DNA from: Takakia lepidozioides
Taxonomy: Eukaryota; Plantae; Bryophyta
Length of the DNA stretch: 64,000 nt
Direction: 5' to 3'
Assembly (NCBI GenBank): GCA_030704615.1
Contig: CM060732.1
Location: 1,984,001-2,048,000, forward strand
A model generated the notes under the pieces. The model saw only the letters and a program-made list of their open reading frames with translations. It did not search any database and had not been told where the DNA came from. Shown here in pieces: positions 13,355 to 22,462 of the stretch; position 1 is the stretch's first letter, and every line of letters begins with the position of its first letter. Position numbers and translations under genes: made by a program.

Positions 13355-13433
13355 AGCAGCGGCTTGCTGCCATGGCCACAGCTCAGGTGGTACCAGCTCC
13401 AAGGGTCCACCTCCTACTCCTGAGGGAGGAGAT

Positions 13434-14714
13434 ATGGGAGGCATGGGATTCATGTGCGGAGCAGCACTACCACTAGTGCAGGTGGAGTCTGCTGCAGCCG
13501 TGACTCGAAGAGCAGCACGAGTTCCTGAGCCACGAGGTGCGGAGGTGGAGTTGGATCCACGATGTGGGGAGGCAAGTCGTCAGGCTAGGCTGCCTCAATC
13601 ATTCACATTGGCGGAGACAGTGTCGACGCCATCCATGGACGTACCTAGTTCTCGCCCGACTGCTACCGAGGCGGAGATTACTGTGCCATTGGGGAGAGCC
13701 ACACGGGCAGCACCACTACTTGCTGCCAAGGCTACGACAGCTAGTGTGCTGCTGGGGGCGGCCACATCTGTGTGCCAGGCTCCATTGTTCTCGGCTACCA
13801 TGATTGCGACGCTGGGGATAAGACCAACTGAGGTGTTCAGGCTGGCAGCTACACTCTGTGAGAGTAAGGAGGTTACTTCATCTTCTGCGGAGATAGTGGG
13901 AGGTGTAGTGACGGAGGGATCCTCGGATGTGAGGGTCAAGACTGCCACGGCGGCGCCATGGCAATCTGCAGCTGCCAAGTTGGCGGAGCTGCCAGCTAGG
14001 CCAGCCATTGAGCGCGCCATGGTGACACCTGGGGTTGTCATGTTAGACAACCAGGATGGCATTTTCTGTTTGAGTGGACCAGCAGGCAAGAGATACTGGC
14101 CACTGCGAGTCTTGGACTCGGGAGCTCAGCCATTGATGCTGGGCAGAGCTGCTATTGCAGGCTTGGGCCTCATGAAGGCGGACATGGAGCCTTGTCCTTT
14201 CCAGATACAGACATCTCTGGGAGGATCGGAGCAAGCTCGGGGCATGACACGGCGTGAGTTGGCTATCAGACTACGGCCGGATCACCCTAAAGATGGCTCA
14301 GTGATGCGAGTCAAGGCCATTATGACAGACGCGGTCTCGTACGATGTCCTGGTTGGTGAGGCAGTGTTGTACCCCATGGGCTTCACCCTGGATTTTTGGG
14401 AGGAGTCAGCTTCCTATAGGCCTGGATGGCAGTCAGGGGAGGGCCGGCGTGTGCAGCTCCCTGTGACGTTCATAGGAGGAGTTGCGGTTGCCCAGCGAGG
14501 CAAGATGCCGACACTAGCAGCATTCACAGTTGCAGTGAGTTGGCCTGGAGAGTTGCTTGAGAGCAACGCTCATTCAGAGGATGTGTCACCTCCGGGAGAG
14601 CAGGATGACATGTATGGTATGACGGAGTTGCCTGCCATGATTGCTCAGACTCCATTGTGGGGCACGAGCAAGGATTTGCAGCAGGTTGCTGATCGACAGG
14701 TGCAACGAGCCTAG
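13434..14714 (+). pseudogene. Pol N-terminus with aspartic protease
   Basis: VLDSGAQPLMLG active-site motif and YDVLVG. The frame ends at a premature TAG. Confidence 0.8.
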
Positions 14715-14823
14715 GTAGAGGCGTTTGTACCGTCAGGAGAGGAGGAGAGTGCGGGGACTGCACCAGGACCACCTCAGTTGTCACCATCGGATACCACACC
14801 TATTGTGTGGCAGTATTCGGATG

Positions 14824-15760
14824 AAGGCATTTGATTTCTGGACTTGTTTGGCGGGATCAGCACCGGATTGGCTGTTGTACTACAGGCAGGTGTACGAGTT
14901 TGGCGTTACCTGTATGTGGAGAGGATGAGACTGCACGACGCATCTCCCTACGACATGTTGCTCAGTTGGTGCAGCAATACCCTGAGTTGTTGTCGGTGTC
15001 TGTAGTTCATGGATATCAGCAGGCCTTGCTAGCAGACATTTTTTTGCTCTGGGCGCATGATTTGGAGCGGGTTGGCTCCATTGATTTGGTAGTGGCACGT
15101 TGCCCCTGCCAAGGGCATTCATCAGCCGGGCATGGCAATGGATTGCGAGACTCGAGGTCGGGTCTGTTTTGGGAGATGGTGCGGGTTTTGCGCCACTTAC
15201 AGCTTCATCAAACTGTATCTCCAGCATACATCTAGAATGTGTCATTGGGCGATTCTCGGGCCAGGGTGATGGCAAGTGTGCATCAAGTCCGGTCGTGGCT
15301 TGGGTCAACAGTGTTGTTGGATGCAGCTGCAGTGGGGTCATGGGCTCATCGTCCATGGCTATGGTGGACTAACTTGATGCCACCCGCACTGCTCAAGCGT
15401 GCATTTGATGGGGTGCAGCGGCCAGCACACCTCACAGTGGATAGTATTTTGGATACAAGGAGGCAGTCTCAGTGTGTGAGACACGATGACCGGTCGCCTT
15501 TGGCAGTGTTCAACAAGGTGGGTCAACCACAGCCCACTACCCACACTGCTCAGCTTCCCAAGATCGCATGCTTTTCGGGATCGTAGACCTGGCCTCCTGT
15601 GTGATGCCCAGTTGCAACAGTTATTGGAGCCCAATGCCAACGAGCGTGAGCGGGCAATGGGTTTTACCACTGGTACCACGCGCGTGTCATCTCTTTCTGA
15701 GGCATCAATGTCGTCAGGTTGGGGGCAAGCAAGGGATCTCAATTGCTTGACCTGGATCAT
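14824..15760 (+). pseudogene. C5 cytosine DNA methyltransferase domain within pol, copy 1 (degraded)
   Basis: Motif I LDLFGGISTG (about 14838-14867), YLYVE, ADI, DLVVARCPCQGHS, HRPWLWWTN and ERERAMGF. Several stops and frameshifts. Confidence 0.88.
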
Positions 15761-16144
15761 CAACCTGAGTATGGCTGAGCAGCGCAAGTTGCAGACAACT
15801 TCTCTCACTACATGTCCCTTGACAGACTCCTTGCCTACCTAGATGGTACAGGCAGTGAGTGGGGGCGAGCAGGTGAGGACCACGGGGTGCAGACATCCAT
15901 GGCACACGTGGGAGGTGCTCGAGGTTCAGAGGGAGTTTGGCAAGCCAAGGCGGCGGTGATGATGAGGTTGGGATTCTTCTCGGGTTGAGGAGGTCCTTAA
16001 GGATGAGATGATGGGGCAGGATGAGGCCTTGTCATTAACAGAACAGGCAGTGGGCACTGCTCAAGAGTTTGCAGCATAACAACCACGGGACACGTCTCCT
16101 ACTCGAAGTCTGCTGGACTTAAGGTTGCCAGTTACGGAGGACAA

Positions 16145-17970
16145 TTGGGACTTGACATTGTATTGTCATCGGACGAGAAACGACGTATATGGCAATTCCT
16201 GAGGGCTTACAGGGACCGTTTTGCCTCTCGTGCTATGGTGGAGGAGCATGAGAGACATGTTCAGGTGGTGCATCAACCGGGTTTGGTCAATCGGGATGCG
16301 GATGGATTGAGTCGCAATCCATGCACGAGCCAGCAGTGATGACATTGGAGCTCGTGGCATGGTGAGATGGACGAGGATATGGTGCCCGTGAGGGCATGCA
16401 TCATCTGCCTTTTTTGTGTATCTTGGCATCGGGAGGTCAGGTTGGACCTACAACAGAGTGACTGTAAAGGAGTGTCTGAGGACCCTGAGGCTAGTGATGA
16501 CCAGGTGGTGCCAGAGATATACATGAGAATTCAGTTGTGTTGGACTACCCCTCCGCAATGGAGACCACCGGCAAGCCACTGTGACTGCCAAGGAGAGGGA
16601 TCGGATCCTGCAACGAGCCAAGAAGTTCAAGTGGGAGGGGTACACCTACTCCGAGTGTGGGAGGATGGTCGGGTGAGGATTGTGCCTCACCCAACAGAAC
16701 GTGCATGGTTAGTGCGGCATGCCCATAAGGAGTTGGGGCATTTTGGAGTGCGACGCACTCATAGTCTACTGCCCCTGCAATATTGTGGCGTGGCAATGCA
16801 CACATAGTGCAAACGGTTCATGGGGCTAGGTGCATGGTGTGTGACAGGTACGTTGCTTCATTCATGCAATGCCCCCTACACCCCCCATTTGGCAAATCCT
16901 CTTCCGATCATGGGATTGGGCTACAGATGGAGTCTTGACTTTGCAGGACCGTTACCACTGACGATGCGCCACCACAAATATGTGTTGGTGATGGTGGAGC
17001 ACTTCTCTGAGTGGATTGAGTTGGGTCCGTTGCCTGACAAGGCTAGTCAGGGGCTACGTAATCATTCTTGGATCGTGTGCTTATCCGATTTGGTGCTCCA
17101 GCTGACGGACCAAGGGAGAGAGTTCTTGTGGGAGTTTCAGGCTTTGTGTGATAAAGCCTTGATAGACCACCGCATTCACCCATTTCTCGCGGAATCATCC
17201 TTAGGCCGTGGCTTTGGCAGAATATTGTGGCAGACGGTGAAGAGGGGTTTGGCTTACGAAGTGACCCCTAGGAATTGGGATCTTCAGGTACCTTGGTTAG
17301 TGCCATGGCTACAGGTTCAGCAAGCAAGCATCACTTGCCTCCTTCTCACCATATTTCTTTCTCTTTGGCCGAGAGCCGAATTTGCCTGCAACCATTCGTA
17401 GGGACACTGCTCAAGTCTTTAACCTTGACGATCTGGACGTGTAGGTACGTGCATGTGATCAGCGTGCAGAGTTTTTAAAAAAAAGTCATGCCCATGGCTT
17501 TTGAGAACCTTGCCATTGCATAGCACCGTGATACGTTGAGGTATGCCACTATACGTGGTTTGGATGTATCGTCCTGGGGTTCGGGGTTTAGCCTGGTGAC
17601 TATGTTTATTTGCAGCAGACTGCTCCTACGACCCTGGATGTCACTGCAGGGCGTGTTATTCTGAGGGTCCGAGAGGTGTTGCCCTCAGGGGTCCTGATCT
17701 TGGAGGGTCGGGATGGCATGACTTGGAAGGATCATGTGCGTAATTGTGCGCCATGTCACCTTCCCAATGTCTATGGCAGAGTTGATCCAAACTTGGCAGT
17801 GGTACCTGCTGGTTTGAGGTGCATGCTCTGTGGGTCTGCCAAAGGGGCAGCCACCATGCTGGTGTGTGATCGATGCTCAAGAGGTTGGCACATGGGATGC
17901 TCGACACCACCTCTTGAGAGGGTTCCTGATGGAGATTGGTTTATGTCCACACTGCTTGGGATAGTGGTAG
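16145..17970 (+). pseudogene. RT/RNase H remnant, DDE integrase and C-terminal PHD finger, copy 1
   Basis: HKELGHFG, WSLDFAGPLP, LTDQGREF and CMLC...CDRC...WHMGC. RT and RNase H are almost entirely deleted at about 16225 and 16262. Confidence 0.88.
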
Positions 17971-18223
17971 TGGATATGACAGTGGCAGCTAACAAAACAT
18001 GGGAGGCCAAGCTCATAGGAGTCAATACACGAGATCCCCGGCTCAAGTTCACAGGTTGCAAGACGGCGACTAACGTGGGGCAACTCTTGCACCCGGCCTC
18101 TTGATCTATCGAGTTTGAGTGTAGTAGGGACAGTTGTTGGAGGACTTAGTGAGGCTATAGTCACTATCACATCTTGTGGCTACCTGGACTTAGAGGGACC
18201 TAAGCACCAGCTAGGGGGGCGAT

Positions 18224-18390
18224 TGTGTGGACTAGTGACTGCCATAGTGGGCAGCATAGTGGCAGCCTAGTGGTTGGACTAGTGGCTGGACATGGTGGAC
18301 TAGTGGTATACATACATTGTGGTTGTGCACAGTTGTTGTGTGGTTTTTGGACAGCGATGTAGTTATGTAATGATATGTATGCGCACGACA
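18224..18390 (+). repeat. Repeat B1 of copy 1 (TGTG...GCACGACA), directly after the PPT
   Basis: Follows CTAGGGGGGCGAT. Its 3' half matches 21955-22039, and the 5' half is expanded by short TAGTGG repeats. Confidence 0.8.
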
Positions 18391-18392
18391 GC

Positions 18393-18707
18393 TGTCACGT
18401 TATTTCACCACTAGTGTGAAACTAGCTATGAAATAGCTAGCTTTTACATATTGATATTTGGGATTGGCCCAAGTATCAATCCAGGGATCAAGGCAGATTT
18501 AGGCCCTGGAGTGGTTATCTTCACGACAAGCGCGGGAGGCTCATCTTTCTCGAGTTGAGCCTCGCCGTGCCTAGATGGCGCTGTGGTGTGGATTCCCCAT
18601 GGCGTGGGGTGCACTTGGCTTGACTTGTATTTGAGTGATGAGTTTATATATGCATGAGTTTATGCTTCAGCTTTGTGAGCTCGCATGAGCTTGTGCTTGT
18701 ATTCTTC
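18393..18707 (+). repeat. Repeat A2 of copy 1 (last 10 nt missing)
   Basis: Direct repeat of 10398-10709. Confidence 0.9.
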
Positions 18708-19184
18708 ATAGGGTTAGGAGGCACGGAAATAGGGTCATGTGAAGTTGGAATGTGGCACCAGTGGACTCGTCATAGCAATGAAATGCAACATTTTATTGCA
18801 AATTTTGTGGCAAGCCACATCTATACAAGTGTGTCCTAACTGTCATAGCCGGAATGGGCACTACTCTCTTACACCCTCCGAGGAACTTGCCCCACCTTCC
18901 TCCTCATCCCCCTCATCCCCCCCATCCTCCGAGCTCTGTGATGCATCAGTTCCACTATGCCTCTCAAAAATTCCGTCCTCTCCTTAGGGGACTGTCCACC
19001 TCACCTCCTGGGAATCTTCTGCCTCTTCTCCCCTACTTTCCTCAGCAGAATCCAAAAAGAATGTCAATACCAGCAGAAGCCAAAAAGGGTCTTTCAATGA
19101 AATAAGAGAGCGAAGGGAGGTGCCTCACGAAATCAGGAGGCGAGTTACAATGCGACCACTCACTCGTAAACCCAACGACGCAAT

Positions 19185-19310
19185 GGCGTGAGCGCGCGAG
19201 CGTACGCTCACGCAAGAGTGACGTGGCGTAAGCGTCATGTCAGCATGCTGATGTGGCGGCAAATGATGACGTGGCACTGTCCGTCATCTGCCACGTCAGT
19301 ATTAACATGC
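19185..19310. repeat. Cluster of TGACGTGGC/GCCACGTCA motifs, likely a DNA-transposon subterminal region
   Basis: GTGACGTGGC, CTGATGTGGC, ATGACGTGGC and the inverted GCCACGTCAG occur within about 100 bp. Confidence 0.4.
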
Positions 19311-19747
19311 GCCGCCTATAACCAAGGATGGTCCTATGACCGTGGAATTAATGCAGGGAATCTTGCCTAAATAGAATCAAGACTACCATGAGGCCTACAA
19401 TTGTAGCATCCAACATTGTGCAATTACAAATGCTTGTTTCACTTTTACAATTACGAGGACGAGAAAATATCCTCACAAAGTGTGCGCCATAGAGGCTGCC
19501 ACGGGAAGACCTTCCTCCCTCCTCAAATAACAATGAGAGTTGGGATCATCTTCAAAAGATGATTGTAGTGCATAGCGACAGCAAGAGTGTAGACTTCGAA
19601 CGGTGCAATGACAAATGTGCTTTTAAAAGTTGTCACTCAGAGCTCACTCAGTATAGTTGGAGGCCATATCATTGCACCGCCGACGAATTGATGTGAATTA
19701 CACATTTCAAATCGTGGTCGTCCACATACCACATTGCATAGTTGATG

Positions 19748-21421
19748 CTACCCATGTGTTGTATCCCGCTGCAATAGAGTATCGACCTCGTTGAAACTCA
19801 TAGTGGCCTGGTGAATGAAGTTCTCACGTTTGGGATCGCAAACCATCCTCTTCAAAAATATGAAATACAAATGTTTGCAGGGTATGACTTTACCTCTCTT
19901 GCCCAAACTGGTTGATAGCATATTCACAAAATCAGGACATGTGCAATTGGGGAAATTGGAAACCTTGATGTCGTAGGTCCTGTCATGAACAGCAGATATG
20001 GAAGTGATGATTGTGAATACCCGACCATATCCTGGATTGGGTACTTCCGTGGTGCTTCCAACACGAGCTTGGAGCATTCTTGCAGACTCCACTTTGCCAA
20101 AGTGTTCAGCGGTTGGAGGGAAACGCCGAATGAGCTTTCCATCTCGTTTGGTTGGCCACAAGTCAGGATTTGCCGGGGGGACCCGGGAGGACGCAGAAGT
20201 AGTAGCACATGCATGGAGTTGGGGTTGTCTTGCAAGGGAAAAGTCTGCCTCCTCCAGCATTTCAATCTCCTGAAATCTGAGATGTGTTCCCACCTTCACG
20301 GGCCAAACGGTTGGAGGAGATGGCTTCATCACTACGGAAGGACGCACAGTTCCATGCATACATCTGGCACAATCATCTGCGCAGAACCAGAACTTGTGGT
20401 TCTTGGCTTCTGGTTGACCGTATGGACGCATCAAACCCGTGAAAGTCGGAGCAGGAGTTCGGGCACCACCTCTGGATATAGATGAAGTGCACTTCTCGAA
20501 ATTAGTTGCCCTGATCGCTGTACATTTCACACGAGACCCTACACTTGTGCGTCCTATGTGCCAAACGTGGTCGGGGCATGCAGACTCAAGCACATCAAGG
20601 GGGTTGTTTCTCTCCTACACCATTTCAGTGGCACTGTTTGATGCTGGAGCTTGCCGTCGTGTTGGAGGTTCCTCCACAATGGAGGTTCCGGCATGGAGCT
20701 GTCATGCAGGGGAACACGAGGCTTCGAGAAATTATCACGGTCTGCCCTGTGCGAATCGGAATCCGAACCAGGTGGAGTGTTCAATTTCCTCTTACAGGAG
20801 CCGAATCTCTCTTCCCCTTCAAGATGTGGAACTCTAGAAACAAGTGGCGTTCCCTGGGCATACATGCTCACCGCCCGTGCTATCTTAATTGGATCCCTAG
20901 ATCTGTTTGCAGCACGCAACATCAACTCCCATTTGTCCGGACCTTTGCCACCAACCCCACCTCGCAAGAAATCACGGTATCGGGTTTGTTGTTGCAAGGC
21001 ACGTATCAAATCATCTGTTGTTGCCACATACAAATCCCAACCTCGTTTCCCAGACTGCTGCAACCATGCGTTGTGCACAGTTTCTGCCAAATTGCAAGAT
21101 GGCATGTCCGCCATTTCCTCAATGGACATGTTCTGCAAAGTGGAGAACCATACTTCAAAACAGTGAATAGAAAACAACATAAAGAAAGCGAGGACACAAT
21201 AAAATGGAAAGTAAATGTATGAATAAGAAGAAATATAAGCCTCGTACCACTGGCATGGCTGCTCCCCACTGTCTATACCGGAAGTGCCAAAACGCCAGCC
21301 AATCTTCCAATGCTCTCATATTCTCAAGTGATGCAGCTCCAGAAGAGAACCACCAGGCACGAATTGTTTGGAACAAAGTGTCCGCATCCAGTCTCATCAT
21401 TGTTCTAGCATCTTTGTACTT
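19748..21421 (-). pseudogene. Mutator-like transposase, C-terminal part with SWIM zinc finger (copy X)
   Basis: IRAWW...WLAFWHFRYRQW, intron 21247-21133, NLAETVHNAW (catalytic Glu motif), SWIM CTCPDF...PCKHLY. Frameshift near 20590. The Gypsy copy 2 terminus interrupts it at 21422. Confidence 0.75.
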
Positions 21422-21438
21422 TGTCGTGCACATACATA

Positions 21439-21694
21439 TCGGGATGGCATAACTTGGAAGGACCATGTGCGTAATCGTGCGCCATGTCACCTTCCGAATG
21501 TCGATGGCATGATAGACCCAAACTTGGCAGTGGTATCTGCAGGTTTGAGGTGCATGTTGTGTGGGTCTGCTAGAGGGGCAGCCACCATGCTGGTGTGTGA
21601 TCGATGCTCTAGAGGTTGGCATATGGGATGCTTGACTCCACCTCTTGAGATGGTTCCGGATGAGGATTGGTTATGTCCACATTGCATTGGATAA
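21439..21694 (+). pseudogene. Integrase C-terminus with an intact PHD finger (inverted segment of copy 2)
   Basis: CMLCGSARGAATMLVCDRCSRGWHMGCLTPPLEMVPDEDWLCPHC fits the C4HC3 PHD pattern and is followed by IG and a stop. Confidence 0.92.
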
Positions 21695-21954
21695 TGGGAG
21701 TGGATACAACCATGGAAGACTAACAAGAAACGCAAGGCCCAGCTACTAGGAGACCTTGAACACACGAGGTCCTGGCTCAAGTTCACAGATTGCAAGACGG
21801 CGACTAACGATGGGGCTACTCTTGTACCCGGCCTCTTGGTCTATAGGGTTTGAGTGCAATAGGGACAGTGATAGAGGACTTAGTACGACTGTGGCTATTA
21901 CATCTTGTAGCTATCTGGAGGTAGAGGGACCTATCCACCAGCTAGGGGGGCGAT

Positions 21955-22462
21955 TGTGGCAGACTACTTTATTGTGCATATATGTGTGGTGTGGTTTGGA
22001 CAGCGATGTAGTTGTGTAGCGATATGTATGCGCACGACAGCTGTCAAGTTAAATAAGCACAATGTGAAAACAACTAGAATAAAGCTAGTTATTTATATTT
22101 AACACTTGGATTTAGGTCAAGTGTTAAATCAGGTGTCAAGTTTAATTTGACACCTGAACCGTCTTATCTTCACGAGAGCGGCAGTCGCGCAGCTCATCTC
22201 TCTCGAGTTGAGCCTGCGCGACTGAGCTCCTTCATCGTCTAGAACTGAGTGTACTTATGATGGGAGGATAGGTTGTTGTGGGGTGGAGTCCCCATAGCTT
22301 GGGGTGCCCCTGGCTCGACTATTATCTGAAAGAGTGATGATGAGATGGATTTCATGTTTCTTGTGTTAAGAGTGTGTTCTTAGCTTTTCTTATCATTGTG
22401 GCAAACTACTTTATTGTGCATATATATGTGGTGTGGTTTGGACAGCGATGTAGTTGTGTAGC
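21955..22462 (+). repeat. Split direct repeats B1 (21955-22039), A2 (22042-22395) and B2 (22397-22462, completed by the reverse complement of 21422-21440)
   Basis: B1 and the reconstructed B2 are both 85 nt and match at 82/85 (three transitions). Junctions are GACA-GC-TGTC and TATCA-T-TGTGG. Confidence 0.88.

Larger units (their letters stand above)
10398..18707 (+). mobile_element. Ty3/Gypsy-type (Chlamyvir-like) retrotransposon copy 1 with DNMT and PHD, internally deleted and 3'-truncated
   Basis: Direct repeat A at 10398-10719 and 18393-18707. Contains gag, protease, C5-MTase, RT/RNase H remnant, integrase and PHD frames, plus a PPT at about 18211-18223. Confidence 0.93.

Noticed and set aside
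21439-22462. Autointegration product as the cause of the inversion
   Set aside because: The breakpoint is 66 nt inside B2, not at a CA terminus. A later genomic inversion explains both junctions.
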